Source: Phoronis australis (Eukaryota; Animalia; Phoronida). Taken from it: DNA of 64,000 bases. Within the stretch, counting starts at the first letter, position 1; the number at the start of each line of letters is the position of its first letter. The notes under the pieces are model-generated. The model searched no databases. It saw only the letters and a program-made list of their open reading frames with translations, and was not told the DNA's origin. The translations under genes were made by a program, and so were the position numbers. Below, in pieces: positions 46,251 to 61,700 of this stretch. Location of the stretch: the NCBI GenBank assembly GCA_002633005.1, contig NMRA01000095.1, positions 963,054-1,027,053 of the forward strand, given 5' to 3'.

Positions 46251-47254
46251 TGACTGCTGAAAAGAAGGTTCTACAAGAACAGACACTTTGCGTTACGCAA
46301 ATTCTTTCAGAATCATGGGTTGTACTTTTTTCTATTATGCAAATTAAAGTCTGGGGTGTAAAATTTTCTCTCCTTTACAATAGCCAACAGGGTAGCCAAT
46401 AGGTCCTATCAATCATTATACGAAGAGGTATCCGCAGTTTTTCACCTTGATTTCATACATGTACTTCTCCGAGAAGCACCCTGACTGGGCTTGGCCCCCT
46501 ACAAGAACTTGCAAGTGAAATGTGTACCGGTAACACAGGCTTGTCTGGGTAAGATACCGTGTATATTCCGACACTGTTGAGTTTTCACCTGCCCCATCAA
46601 TCGAAGACTGTAAGGCTATGTTTTTTATTAGGCCAAACACCTACACTATTTTATATGAGAAAATGCGCTTTACTCCGTGGAAGCATTAGTATACGTCAAA
46701 TAATTCAACAAATTGTACTAGTCAAGGACTGCAAAATGTAGCAATATTCTGAGATGCGCGCAAACACTCTGGACCATAATCAAGTATGTCTCTTAGTATG
46801 GTATTGAAAATGGAAGCGTGGTGGCGTAGTGGTGAATTACCCTTAAAAAATTTCAATATGGCCATGGCGGATTCAAGCGCATCAAAACTATTTTGACAGC
46901 AGCTTTTACTTGAACATTTGTGATCTAAGTACAGTTCTTTGACCTAAAGTACGCGATTGTGACTTCTACAACGTTCATGAAACAAATAACACAGCATGAA
47001 AGCGATGAGATTGACCCCACAATAGTCAGGAGCCGCCGACTAACTGTTATCTTGTTCAAGATTAAATCTCTTTTGTAGTCAGAAATTTTGCTACATATAA
47101 GACTGAAACCAATCTTCCAACATTCTCATCTGTTCAACAGTATCTACACAAATTTAGCTTTTTCAGATACATGCTAATCATCAAAATCAAGAGAGTATAA
47201 CTTTATTGAGCGCTCAAAGGTCATAGGCCCACAGCACAAGTGTACATGTACATA

Positions 47255-47650
47255 TACACCTGCATATAAATTTACGTGCGCGGAGTACACAAAGAGTACT
47301 GGAGAGAAAAATGTTTGGAATAAAATTTTTAGACTGAATTCCACACAGAGAGATAAGGGAACAAACAAGAGTCATGGACATAATCAGGACAATTCTGAAA
47401 TTGAAATGGAGGTGGGGCGGACACGTGGTCAGAGCACTGGACAACAGATGGACAAAAAGATGCACAGAGTGGTAACCCAGGTATGGAAAGAGATCAAGAG
47501 GACGGCCCCATACCAGATGGAGAGATGGCATCGTGGAGACGAGAGGCACAATGTGGATGAGAGCATCAAGAGACAGAACACATTGGAAGGCATTGTCGGT
47601 GGGCTACATCTTGCAGTGGATGTACCATGCCTAGGTACAAGGTACAAGGA
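47255..47650 (+). mobile_element. RTE-clade LINE 3' fragment
   Basis: LKWRWGGHVVRALDNRWTKRCTEW*PRYGKRSRGRPHTRWRDGI...DRTHWKAL...YILQW, followed by a (ggtacaa)n tail. Confidence 0.88.
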
Positions 47651-48129
47651 GTACAGAATGTAAAAATTAAACACGCAACAAAATTTGCTAAAGGAATTCT
47701 TCGAAGAGCTTTGTCGTTGTTGACGTAGCGTAATACGCAAACTTAACCAGTTCGATTAAACTACTAACGTCATTATAAGACTAAGTGAATGTTCCCAGCA
47801 ATAACAACACATGATATGGTGGCGGAAGAATTTTCAGGTACCACATGTGTGAAACATACATTAATGAAGCAGCACACGTGGACAAACTAATTATAGCAGT
47901 ATATAAACCGTCAGAATGGTGAAGTTTTAGGTAGGCACGTTGGCAACGTAACTTCTAGAACCGGATTCTTGCGTCCAATCACTGCTGTTTAGCGTAATGG
48001 AAAAGGATGAGCTGGTGCAGCTAGATGTATGAGCAGGTTTTGATGCTACATTTGAATGGGTCTTCAACAGCAACTCACTTCATGAACAATCAGATAAGCT
48101 TGTAAAGTCCCCAATACAATAAAGAAAGC

Positions 48130-48340
48130 ATTTATTTCCAAACCTGAAAAGAGTGTTGCAGATATGGTTGACTGTGCCTGTTGCTGTGCCAGAACCACAA
48201 GTTTAACACAATTTCACCTGTACCTAAGGTCAACAGTGAGTGAAGATAGCTTTGTAAGTCTGGTCATTCTGACAGTTGAGAAAGGTGTATTTGACTTCAT
48301 TATCTTTTGAAGACATCATCGATGAATTCACAAAGGAAAG
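48130..48340 (+). pseudogene. hAT transposase dimerisation-domain relic
   Basis: FPNLKRVLQIWLTVPVAV...YLRSTVSEDS..SLVILTVEK...DIIDEF, frameshifted. Confidence 0.7.
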
Positions 48341-48367
48341 ACTTTTAAACATTACACAAACCGCTCC

Positions 48368-48525
48368 ACGGGCGGATCCAGGATTCTGAATTAGGGGAGT
48401 GGGCAGGGCAGAGTACTAGCCAAAATTTTGCTTGTCAGGCATCCGCACACCCGAACCGCCAAATGGAATCTGGGAGAATTTTATGGACCCATGACCTCAT
48501 TTGGCCCCCTCTAAATCCGCCCCTG
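48368..48525. mobile_element. Short TIR element (gggcggat...atccgcccctg), hAT-type MITE
   Basis: Terminal inverted motif GGGCGGAT / ATCCGCCC. Confidence 0.45.
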
Positions 48526-51500
48526 CGCTCACGAATCGTATTTTTTGTTTATTGTGAACTTAAGACCCATCAAGAGATGCTTGATCACACTATTTTTTTC
48601 ATCAAAGCAGTTACACCTTACCCAAAACATGACTTGAGTTTTCCGTGGTAAAACATACCAGAGGCGCATTTTGGCAGTGTTTCCTCCGGGCTAAAAACTC
48701 GTTAATATACAAAGGTCACGTGTTTGTAATACAAAAAGCCTAGTTTATACCCCAGGTATGTTTCGTAGTAGCTGAAAATTTGGCGAAGTAATATTGTTTT
48801 CCGTATTCACCTGTCGCACTACTTCAACAGTGTCATGTGACGTGGAATGTTCAATAGATACTATGGTCAATGTCAACCTGACGTCGTTAGCCCGATTAAT
48901 CATCAAACTATCCCAAAACAGTTTAAACTAATACAATTGCAGCAGTCTAAATAACACTCAACATGTGATCAGGCTCCAGTCGTATAATCTGGAACATGAC
49001 TGTTAATTGTATGACAGTTATGTCTCAGTTTCCAATTGCTAAATATATCGTCTGCAACTGAGACGCCGATTCCTCGGCAACTACAATATCAAATATTGTT
49101 TTACTTGATCAATTTCAGGAGACGTTACAAGTTCAAAGCAAAGTTACCGTCGTTTTCATATTTGTTATTTCTTTTCAGTTAATGAATCATTACATTTAAA
49201 ACTTTTTCTTTTACTGGAGGAAACTTGAAACTTACCTTTCAAGTACATACATGTACATACGACGTGATCCGCCAAGTGAAGAGTCTGAGTTAAGTATTTC
49301 AAAAAATGCAAAAAATAAAGAAAATCAGGGATTCAAAAGGTATGGGATAACTACAAAACGTACCTCGAATGGAGTAGATGAAATAATTTCCCACTCGACA
49401 TTATTCAGCGTATCGAGCTCGACCTTTGGTCCAGGTCGATAAGCTGAGTAATATCTCGTAGGATATTACTTTACCTACACCTCTCTCGATAGGTTTTTTG
49501 TAGATATTCTAACAAAACATGCCGTGGGTGAAGAAGAGTACCGCGGCTTTCTACTTCCAAGAGATACACCAATTGCACATATGTTTCCTGTGAATTCTTG
49601 ATAAATCACTACAAGGCAAAATATGTAAAACTCTATGTCTTACTTCCTGAACTGACATTTCTTTAATCAACCCCACCCCCCGCATTCGAGTGGACCGCAT
49701 TATTTCTCTCTTCACTTGTCTCGAATTTTTCCAAGATCTGGACTCAGTATTTTGAATAGTGAATGGAACTCTGTGTGTACATAGGTCAAAAAGTTGTAGG
49801 CATGCTTACATGTATATCACACACGGCATTCTGCAAGCCGGTAGATGTCACAAAGAAATTATCACTCCCCCAGAGTTTAGTCAAGTAACGAGGAACTGAT
49901 TTATTTTATATGCGCTAACTGCGAAGCGATACTGAAGCTAGTTTATTGTGAAACAACACGAGTAAGTAAGATAAAAGATCATATATATTATGACAAACTA
50001 AACTAATACAAATATCAATAAATACAAATGTTATATAATATGTTGAGCTGTAAAGGTGGGAGACAATCTGCCAAGTAGCAATGCAGGTATACACAAGTGG
50101 TGAATAGAAAGTTAAGTAACAAGATGCGGAGGCAAAACAGCAAAACCAGGCGTGCGTTCAGTAGACGCTAGGACCTACGCTAAGACCTAGCTAAAACCTA
50201 GTCAAAGTCACGTGTTCTCGTTTGACATACACGGCAATATCTCACGTAATCTCGCGAAGTCTTGCTTTTTTGTGTATAAGTTCCAATTAAAATAGTCACA
50301 TGCAACAACCGGAGAAAAGACGCCATCGTCTGATGACAAAATATTAAAAGGCTGCGTACATTCTTGCCACATATTTATACGAGGGTTTCATCTTTTAAAT
50401 TTTTGCTACATCCAATCAGAATTTAAGCAAACTCCAGGGAATTTAACACATTTGTTTTGTTAATTTCAAGGAGTTAATTCATATTAATAATTTGGTGGCC
50501 GTTTTGAGGTTTTTGACAGCTGTTCTTGAATGGAATCTTTCCAACAGTTTCGCATTAATAAAATAAAAAAGTTTACACCGTGGCTGTTCGTAAACAGTCT
50601 TCCACTTCCTTTACGCAAGGTACGTTTTGGCTGGAAATACAGGTACTTTTCAGACTTTTTAGGTTAGCGAAAAAAACGGGCTGGTCGACCCCCATTTTGA
50701 TGGCTCGTCGACACCCATTTTTTCCCAAATTTTGAAATCTGGAGAGTTTTGGCATCCTCAGTGCGTTGTCTGCTGGTGCCTACTAGATACATATGAGTTG
50801 TGGTCTTGGGTTGAAAGCTGTCAAATTTGTTTATTTTTGCTCGTTTTTGGCATCACTATCTACATGTAGGTTTGCTGTAGGCATTAGAGCAATTTTTAGA
50901 CACTAAGCAAGCTTTATATATGGTCAGTACCTGCATGTGGTTCATATTTTGAAATCTTGTAGCAGAAAAGAAAAAAAGAAAAACAGTTCTGCTTTCCCTC
51001 TATTCACCCTGCTAGGGGATGCCAGCTGTTGAGTGACACCACTGGGAAACCTGTTTGTCAAACGCAATGTCAAGTTATCGAGTAAGCGGGGCGATAGTCA
51101 ATATCGTTGGTGGCTAATTATATAGAAATGAAGCAAATGCAATTTACCTTGTAAATCCTCTCGACTTTGAGCATTCCACAAGGATCGCCAGTGTCCGAGT
51201 TATTGCTAAAATGAGATCAAAATATGCTTCGGCTATTAAATGTATGGCAACCTGTAAGTCACAGCGTTTTACTCAAAATACCGATAGCGAGAAGAGAGTC
51301 ATTCACCTTCAGGGAATCTTGTCTTTTGAAAACCTGGTGGTGGAATATTCAATGGAAGAAATAAGTATTGGCAACAAATGTACCAACGCACTACGTGACA
51401 GATTTTTGAAGAGCCAGGTGGAAATACAAAATAGAATCAGTTTTAGTGCGCTCGTAGACCCTCGCTCTACTGGGTAAATTTGCCATGTCCGAAAATAATT

Positions 51501-51639
51501 TCAATTTCGTTTTTATTGTACACAATCATCGAAGAAAAAAGTATGTCAGAAAACTGACATTATTTACAAAATGTATAAAAATATAATTTATTACCAAAGT
51601 GTTTCTGCACGGACATTATACCTACATGTATGCTTCTGT

Positions 51640-51850
51640 TGTCTCTACTGCCGAGGAATCTGTAAGTTGGATAAAATGTTCTCAGCTAAGGTTTGCGCGT
51701 CTTGGAAACATTCAACCCAGACATCTTCGATGTTTGTCCGTATTGCTTGTACTTCGTTAACTGCTAAGTCGATGATCTTGTAAGCCTCTACAATGCCTGC
51801 ATTTGGGTTTGCGGCATGGCAATAAGCCCTTGAGGCTGTCAAGTCCATTC
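51640..51850 (-). pseudogene. hAT (ZMYM1/THAP12-like) transposase relic
   Basis: GIVEAYKIIDLAVNEVQAIRTNIEDVWVECFQDAQTLAENI...QIPRQ resembles the hAT central helical region. Confidence 0.55.
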
Positions 51851-54800
51851 ATTAGTTACAAATGCAGCTATAAATTGATCCGTTCATCATTGATTGCTTC
51901 AAACCTTCCGCTTTTGTCAAAGACGATGTATCACAAGGTCAAATTTCATCTCTTGCAATTTTTCCAAATAAACTTCCCAATGCCTGAATACTAGAAACCC
52001 GAAGACGTAACACCAAATAGACGCCCATGACCATGGGCGTTTCATGGGGTGGGCTTTTCTGAAGAAAATTCCTGGTATGGAAGATTGGTACTTATTGCGG
52101 GTAGGAACACAGTCAGCGCTGAGCTAGCAGCCAGGGCTCTTTAGGAGGCCTATTGAAAAGCTTAACCGCAATCTCTGGTACTGCACAAAATTCGCGAATT
52201 CGTGCATCTTGTCAGTGTGAGTGCATCCCCAGGATTTTTCCTTGCACAAGCCTTACTTGCTTTTTTCAGAGTAAATCCTCCCCTCATTGTTTTCGAGGTG
52301 GTTTACTTGGGGTTTATCTACGCTGGTGATGTCGTTTTCGTTTTTCTGACGACGTTTTTTTCAATTTATATTTTTGATCCTGTATTAAGGGGTTGGGTTA
52401 AGCTTAATAAAACCCTTCGTAGACCCGCGCTGGATCCTCAAATGTGGGGTTTCTCAGATACTTACACAACTTACAATGTTCACCGAGCCACAAACATTTG
52501 CAGCTGAATATGTCATACAGTAGGTGTTTACACTACAGCAGATGCACTGGAATAGAAAAAGCGGACGAGCGCAATATTCACCTTGCATATTATTGTTTAT
52601 TACAAACGATTTGTAGCTCAATTGTTTTCCAAGTTTGAAAGCAACGCATTGGGATATATCAAAGAAGATAGAAACAATTATCTGTTTCGAATCGCGCATT
52701 TTGTTGCTGTTTTACGTTATGTTAGTCCTATGGGACTTAATACAGGTGGCAGCCCTGAATGAGGTCGTTCACAATTGACGGCATATTTACTCTTATTACT
52801 TCCTGGTTCCTATTCAACAAAGCTCATTTGCACTCTCGAAAAAACCTCAGTTACGTGCTAATAGCCAAACCATACGGTCGGTTTTAACGTGACAACATTG
52901 ACTTGTAAAAAGCGTGATGGCTGCATCAAGGTTGAGATCCAATTTGCTGTTCATAATTAGCTTTTGCGTTTTGTCCCCAACCCCAAGTAAGTATTTAGTT
53001 AACATACGTGTGCATTTACTAGCTTGTGTAATATAATGCTTAATCAAAACATATAGATTGGCTTGTCAAAGTACAGTTCTTTTCAAACGAAGCTAAACAG
53101 AATTCAGTCAAATTTGGATAAACTCCTTATTTCAAAGTTTTGTCAAACTTTTGTCTCAGTTGGCTCACTAGAATGGTATTTTTGTCGGACTCTAATCACA
53201 ATTTACTGTCACGTTAGAGTGCAGCTAATTGTATAATTGTTAATTGATTTTCGAGGTAAGTTGTTGCAACTTTGAAAAGTGAATGGGATCACACCAGCAA
53301 AGTAGTTTGTGGAGAAATTGTCTGTATTGAGACATGCCCTAAGTTTGTCGACAAGAAAGAGTTTTATGCGTCAAAGGCGGCCTTGTTCAAGTTAGTTTAA
53401 AAACTACAGTGATTCTAAACGAGCCATTGGGAATAGTATTGTTCAGAGTTAAAGCGTATAACTAATTCTATTTCTTTTAATGTTCATTGCAAAAAAAATA
53501 CACAATAATAAGAGCCAGCCCAGACAGCACTAGAAAGCAATAGCTCAGAAATCCAGTGTGAATAAAATTCTGGAGATGACAAACCACGAATTCACTAAAA
53601 CGGACTCAGCTCATTGCTCATGCACGTCTGCGGCAAAATTAACCATGAAGATTTTGTCTCGCAAGGCTAATAGGCGGTGGGCCAGGATTTGTAGGGCTTC
53701 TAGAAAATGATTTTTGTGAGTACTTTAGGGGGAAATTTTATTTTGTTGTTTTTTAATTCATTTACTAGAGTGTTTTCGAAATCTAAAAAGTTCTCACATG
53801 TAAAGTTACACAGTTTTTGGAAATTTGAAGTTACCTTATAAATCACCACAGAGCTTAGTGAACTTACATGTATACATGTATTTGTAAAAACAAGTTTTGC
53901 TACCGTTTGTGTAAAAGAAGTAATATGGTCCCATCAGTGTCGTTGTATTGAACTATAATACACTCACATCACATCTTTCACTATTGTAGACAGTGAAACT
54001 TAAAAAATATTAAGTGAAACCTAGTGTGAGAAATACGAACTAAGTCGGAATGTTACTAGGATGTTATTCTGGCATTGTGTGGCCACAAATTAAAAATAAC
54101 ACACAACGCTTTTGACTGGGCAAAATTTGTGACTCAATGACTGAACCATTGACTAATGGTGTAAAATGTAGCTTGTTTGCATAATACACCAGAAATATGT
54201 TATACAAAAACAACAACCGAAGCCGGTATTATTTATGGCCATGCTGCTACATGTAAGAGCCGTACCCGAATGTGGTCAAAGCAAATGCTTACAGGCAACG
54301 TCAGCCCTGGAGTTCTGTGCCTTCTGCTGTCACGGGGATGGTCTGGGAAGGGGATAGTCGCACCAGCATAATCCCATTGATCCTGTCCGTGACAGGTATT
54401 ATTATCATTATTATATTAAACCATAATGTGGAGTCTTTCGCTTTGGTGACTAAGCCAAACTCTATTCCGAGCTTTAGTGCAGTGAAAGCATGCAAGATAT
54501 CGTGAAGATGTTCAATCGTTCTGCCTTTCAAGGTACAGTAATGTATATGTTTGATCCGATTGGTTAAAACATGTTTCGCCTGGTAACGAATTACCTCAAG
54601 TAGCTAGGAGCTTTAGCGTGTCTAAAAATGTTTTTAAATTCGCCGAGTCATCTTTCGGCACGGCGTGCATTTGAAGTTTAGTGGTGGATGGTCATAGATA
54701 GTGGACGAATCTTCCACGCATACGGCTGTCTGGTTACGTTTTAAGCTATTGAAAACAGTTTCAGTTCCTTAAGACTCCGTTAGAAAAACGAAGACGCGTT

Positions 54801-55572
54801 GTGGCAGCAAAATGTTTCTCAAGCTTATTGTATATGTGCATTATAACGTGGCACTAAAAATAACGAGTACTGTATGAAATGAGTGTGGTAAACACAGCCC
54901 GAGTCATACAAAATGTTGATCTAATTCTGATCATGTTAAGTTAAACTATGGAAGTGGTTTTTCACGCAAAACATGCACCAGAGTGTGTTTTGGAATGTTT
55001 CCAGGGGTCTGGAAGAGCAGACGTGGAAATAGGGTGGAATAAAAGCACGTTATGTTGAAAAAACGAAGAGTCAATAGAGTACAAAACAAAACTGCTTTGT
55101 AGTAAAAATCTGTTCAAACTTTAAAGCGTCTATATATTCTTGATGTATCGAAGACAATAATCTTTTAATTTAAACCCACTAACTGCTATATTATTGGTCT
55201 CAACTTGTTCTTAATTCGTATGGGCAGTGATTTTTGGTCTTGCCCCGATCTATTATTTTTTAAGGTCGACAAAGATCAGAGAGCGTATTTGATTCAAATA
55301 ATCTTGTAATCTTATCGTAGTTAGAGTCTTTCAATGAGCCAAAGCATGGAATGTTTTACCCCAGAGTAAGAAACCCCGAGTCACACAGTCCATTGAACTC
55401 AAGTAATGAAGAAAGAGCCGGTTTCAACCCATTGAGCTCAAAACAAACTGTTTTCCCATCAGACATGACACATTTTGATAAATTATTTAGTCCCTAAAAC
55501 TTAAAGATGTAGCCATTTTCAGCGTTTGATGTATATAAATTATTCTGCTTATTTTAATTTTTTATTTCCAAG

Positions 55573-55785
55573 CGCTTTGTTCTGAATGCGAAGATGCGAA
55601 GGTATTGAAGAATCAAATCTTCAGAAATGCACTGTACGTTCCGGATGTTGCTGTCGAGGTACTCCACTGCGACAGGGCTCTTGATTCCGGCTGGTACCGG
55701 TTCGTGTCTCCAGCTGGCGGCACAATACCAACAACTTGCGTTGAGATCTACCACTGCGGAACAAAGCACCCAGGATGGATGATGG
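55573..55785 (+). CDS. Gene 2 exon, D8C first half
   Basis: ttccaag| and ATGG|gtaag. Confidence 0.9.
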
Positions 55786-58700
55786 GTAAGGCTTAGATGA
55801 CGGTAGCAATAGGAAGATGGGTAAAACACAAATCACAGTACATGTAGCTGTACACTGTCGTATTGAGTTAAATAACTGCATGTACCTTATTTAAGCCAAA
55901 AAATTGGAAATGAAAAAGAATGCCAAATCTGGAAGACCATAGACTTCAGTCGTACATGTGTATCTGCAACACTATTAAAATAACCAAGGTACAGTACAAT
56001 ATGACCTTTAGTACTTTCACTATGAGTGTACGTTGCCAGGATAGTCGTGTAACTCCACTTCAAGAAACCTTGATAACAGGTGGAGCCATTCGTGACAGAA
56101 TTGAACAATTACAGGCTTCAAAAATCTTAAACCCACCGTGAAAACAAACTTAGCGAACAGACGGTGGGTGACACTACTGCTCACCAAAGAAGGAAAACAT
56201 ATCAAAGCAGTCATTGCCAAACTTTCTCCTAATCCCAAAAGAGCTGCTTTAGGTTACGCAAGTTTTGTCTGGATTATGATGCAGTTCCTAGTTTTTACAT
56301 ACCGTAAACAGCTTAGTTGTCAAGTTTCTCCAGAAAGCAGTTTACAAACAGAACGCATTGCGCTGGTACCGTGACTAATATTCATATAAATGTATCTCCT
56401 CTCATTTTTTAATTCAAAGTTTCTTTAAACGAAGTCGTGGCTGTGAAAGCGAGAATTTAAAGATGCCTAGACAGCGATAAACAGACCAAATTGCATGATT
56501 GAAAGTGGTTCTCTACCACTGAAACATGATTCAACTTGCTCAGCAGGGTGTTTTGGTTAAGATTTTTTAATTATGTTGATGTCAAACCACTTGTCAACTT
56601 ATCACCTCCTCGTCAATTTTTCTTCTACAAGGCGTAGACGTAGCCATATTCCCTGACCTTTGACCTCAAACGACTTTAAGCAACTGACTGTGAGTGCATT
56701 TATCATAAATGGGAGGGAGATTAGGAAATCTGTGGTAACCACACAGTTTTTTCAAAAATGTGAATTCTGTGATTTTTTCTAGACATTTCCTCACAGAGGA
56801 AAGTGAATTAATCTGTACCAGACGTTGCAAGATAGCACTTTCGTCAGGAATTGTTTAAAATAATATATTTTTGATGAGCTGAGAATCGGGCTAAAAACCT
56901 GAAATGCTGATCGTGGGCAAACTGAGATCACTGTTCTCGAAAGAAAACTTGTGGACTGAATAAGAAAAACCATCAGTGGCCATGTCAGGTTGTATGGACC
57001 TCAGAGGAGTAATATTAGGTTCTTCCTTGGTCCTTGTCCTTGCTCTCCCTTGGTACATCTAAGCTGACATTGCTTTCGGGATCAGCCTATACTCTTGTAT
57101 TGTTACACAATCAGATCATGCGCCCACCCAGGGGGATGGNGGGGGGGGCTAGTGGGCTCGAACGAGCCCCCCATTTGGCGAAGTGGGCAAAAAGGTCCGG
57201 CTCTAAGAAACAAAAAGTCCTAGGAAACGAGACAAAATTCAACTAAAAAGGCAGGAACTACCAAAAATCAGCGAATGCATAATTTACAGCTCTGAAGGTA
57301 ACTTGTTTTTTAGTAAAAGGTCCACATTCCCAAAAATTCGAGTCCCCACATTTTAGGCTGGGTCTGCGTATTCAGATACGTCTCGTCTGCGCTTAGTTGA
57401 CTTGTCACGCGTGCAAGAAAAAATTGTGGGATATCTTAGCTGGGTTGTAACACAAGATGTCTTGAAAAGGATTAAGTGATCTCGTTTTCTCAAGAAACAT
57501 CGTCTGTGAAACTCTATCCTACGGCTTGTCAATAAACAATACAATGACTTCCTTTCTGAGGTGATGTGGTCCTGGGAGCCAGAGCTGCGTGGTGTAGACA
57601 ACGTTTATTGCAAGAACAGGAGCATCATGTAAGACCACGCAGAATTATTCATGTGAAAATCCAGTTATTTACAAATTCAATAAACTTGTCAAGTGCTGAC
57701 AGTTGTTCTCTAATTATTAACCGTGTTAGCTTTTAACTCTGTACTACTGTTGGCGGTACGTATATTCTAGTTTCGTGGAATGCCATAAGCAAAGGAAGCG
57801 GGCCGAGCAAGAGGGGAGCTCTTGCCCCCACTCATTAAGAAGAAGTGGTAGCGCACCCATTAAGCAAGGTCGTAGGCATCGGGTTTGAGATGGTACCTGC
57901 ACCCTTTGATTTATTGTAAATGTGCGAGTGTGAAACCTCTGTAGCTATGCAGGGGCATTGAGTGGGGCTTTTCTTGAATCGAAAAATACAGTGAAACATG
58001 TAGATATAGAGTAGGAATTGTTCTTAGAGAACACTTTTCATCTGTGTGCTATATTAGTTACGACAATTTGTTTAAGGGCTCTCAGTTAAAAATACCATGC
58101 TTCGAAAAAGACTGAGGAAACTTGTTAAGAACAGATTCAAGAATACAATTTTTAGCGAATACAAACTGTATTTCTTCAAGAATGCCTCTCTAGCAAGGGA
58201 TAATGTTGCTCTTTTTGCCAACCCAGCTCGGGGGGGGGGGGTCCAGAGATGGCACTTATGGTTAACTATTTAATCGTGTAAGTGTCATGGGGTGGTATTT
58301 AACGCGCCTTTGTGTTGTGATCACTCAGTTCCGCCTTATTAATGGACCTTCGGACTGTTGCACATTCTGTTATATGAGCTGCTTCCACATTTCTTAGATA
58401 TTTCTTATCTTCTGCATGCTATGAACACTCCCACTAAATAAGATTGGTCCTAACCCCAATGGTCAAGGTAAACGGTGGGGTTTGGAAAATTGAACTAGAC
58501 CGTATTTATCCACCTTGGCTGAGTCGCGCTCGGCTCACGATCAAAGGGATGCCGCCAAGCTGCTGTATTCATCGAGTCACGGGCGAGGATAATTGATTTC
58601 GCTCACGCGGATATGATCAGCTGATTACAATCTAGGTAGCAGACTGTACTTTTTATGGAGAGAGTTTTACGTAGTTTTTACTGTAATATTTGAAAAGAGG

Positions 58701-61700
58701 AGCGAAAACAAATATGAGTACAACTTTGAATTTTTTAAATCGGCCCAGGATAAGAGATTTTGCAACACAGCAACACTCACGATTACTTTCGTTCGGTGCG
58801 CACGAATACAAAAATATAGGACCCAAGTTATTTAGATTTTGGAACACATGCATTGCAATATTCAAAATACGTTTATTTTGAATCTTACAAGCTGTAAAAC
58901 GTCGTTTTTTAATTTCATTGTGCTCATTCATTGTCATCCGTCAAATCGGCAATTCCCGAGATGTGATCTGCGTCGTGCGCGTATGTACGAAACTCGGGAT
59001 TGTGTTCTTGAAGTACGAAAATTAAGAAACTTTAGCATGCCGTTATTATTGACAGGGACACGATAAAACGAATTTTGATTTTGACTATAGTCTTGATACA
59101 GCGAGCTGGCTGCGTCAGTGTCTCCGCTAGACCCAGAAATTTCACACAGCCCGGAAAGTTCACCTCGTCCCCAACTTGTAGATCGAGCCTTGGACTATAA
59201 TACTCCACGGTAGAGCTAACGACCGTCGGCCTGTGCACACAAAATCTGTGAGTTAACCAGCACTCACCTTGCACGTTGCAGCCGTTTAAGTGAAAAACAA
59301 TCTAGTAAACGCCATTTTCTTGCATAATCCTCCGCCTTCTGTAACAAAAAAGTCTATCGTCGATGACCCGCACACGCACGCTCACTCACTCTCATACACA
59401 GACGACCTTCAAAACAAACGTCACGTGACAACAACATGTGTGTTCATCCAGAGATTTTTCTCTTGTTGTGGAGTACGATGTAGCGCACATTTGGACTTAA
59501 TCGCAATTAATCTGGACTCCACATGAACTTTAAAAATTGTAAAACATAAGGAAGATTTCAGGTAATTTGTTGAGTCGAAACTATGTTTTTATTCAAGAGT
59601 TCAAGTTTTCCTATTGACGATCGCGATTCAGCGAAGCATCAGTCGGCAAGTTTTCGTCCTGTGATGAGCACAATTTTTTGAAAAATTATCGTAATTTAAC
59701 AACGGAAGTTGATAGCAATGCACCACAATTTTGTAGAAAGACTGTCATAGGCTACAAATACGTCACAGAGCGTAAATTTGATGAATCCTACATGTAGCTT
59801 CCGATTTTACCCGTTTGGGAAACCGGGTTTCAACTGCCGTACGGCTACAATGAGCGTCCCCTCCCCGTGAAATGAATTTTTCTAAGCGTTTATTAGAGCC
59901 AATACAGTGTACATCTTTCCACCAAGGCTAGGTGATGCTACGACATTATTCTTTGTTGCATAGTAACTGGTCATGGCTAAATATCATTTTATAGCCTGGT
60001 CATCCATTCCGCCAAAAGTAGTTCCAGAGGTGGCTTATCAGCCAATTATTCATGCATGCTGACTCACAATAGAAGCCTGATAAGAGTGAAGGTGGATAAA
60101 TGTGGTGTTCCTACAGTTTCTTGTGGTGGTGGATGTGTTCACTACATGTGTCTTGATAATTTAACTGTAACTTTTCCATTTTTTGCTATCCCGTCTTCCG
60201 GAACGGAAAGGACAATACTCGAGAACTTTATAGCGTTACATAGCAAAATGCCAACGGTAGACAATATACTACTAAACAGCTTAATAGCTTCAAACCTTGT
60301 GGATGCTTGTAGATCTCACTACGTTGTAAATACTTTTCAAATTAAGGCGACACCCCCTCAGTGGAAGATGGACGAGTGACACGATCGATCTGCATTACGG
60401 GGTCTTTCTTCGACTGCAGTGATTGTTTAGGTGGTGATGACCTGTGCTGTTCTCAAGTCCTCGATGTCCAAGTCAGGAACTGCAGCTCAGTTGAAGATTT
60501 CATAGTCTACTACTTACCACGAGTAACTGCATGTCCCATTGGGTACTGTGCAGGTAAGTATCAATGATTAATGAAATCACATTGTTCTCTAACCCTCCTA
60601 CGTTGTTATAGACCTAATTCATGCCGACAAGAGGCTTGTTCAAAAACGAGTTGGATTGTCGGCATACTTGTATTCCGCGTAGCTCGAACGGCTAAAAAAA
60701 TACGGACACACAACTGTCTGTTTTACAATCCCTAATAGCGTTGAGATTCGGAAGCGTTGGATCGTTGCCACACGCCGAGACGAAGGAAAATATGTCCTTG
60801 TAAAATTTATAAATGTTTTCAAAAAGTTAGATCATAGTTTGTCGCATCTCGTTGCCGAGCATCATAGCAACGACCGCACAATCGCCGGCCAGCCAAGCTG
60901 TGTTTTCATGACTACGGACAGGGCCCTCAATCCCTCGATTTTGAAGCCGACCGAGTATCGGCCCCATTCTCTTCTCAAAAAAATGAAAAATAACGCTATA
61001 TTCCCCCCACAAGGCTTAAAAATTACCCTAGTGGTTGAAAATTTCTCTCCGAAGTTCAAATCACCTGTAACCACACAGGCGACAATGTGAAAGAGCACAA
61101 AATGCTACTTGAGACAGAGCCTATGAGAGCTTGAACNGGGGTGCTAGTGATGGTGATGCGAAGATAGATTTTTCCCCTCACTCGGCGAAAAATTCCCTTC
61201 TCAGAAGGCCCATGCAAAAGATTCCCTCGGGTGAACGAGGCCCTTGAAGAAACATAATAACTATGCTTGCTCTGTCCAGTTAACTAAAGTTGAGCTCTAA
61301 AACGAGGTTATGCTATGGACGAACGAATTAGGTGCAAAATCCCACTTAGTCCAGATTGGTATTTGAAACCTAACACATGAAATAGATGTACGAATTATTA
61401 AAACCAAGAAAGCAGAAATGATGGTAAATATATTTTATTTTCAATTACTGTACGAGCTTGGTTTTTATTTTAATTAAATATATTTAGCATTATCAATTTT
61501 TCTTTCATGACAAATCCACTGTCAGTACCTCACCAGGCTATGCTTGGTGTTATTAACATTCTTGATCGACTGATTGCACATTACAGCAAAATACGATGAC
61601 CCACCATGCACTGTCTAATATATATATTTAACTCGTCAACAATAGGAGTAGATGACGTGGTTCGTGTAGAAAGCATTTTTATCAACAGTTTACAAGAAGA

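Noticed and set aside
54270-54395. Candidate first exon for gene 2 (MVWEGDSRTSIIPLILSVT|gt)
   Set aside because: The phase fits, but the hydrophobic core is short and there is no clear counterpart in gene 1; left uncalled.
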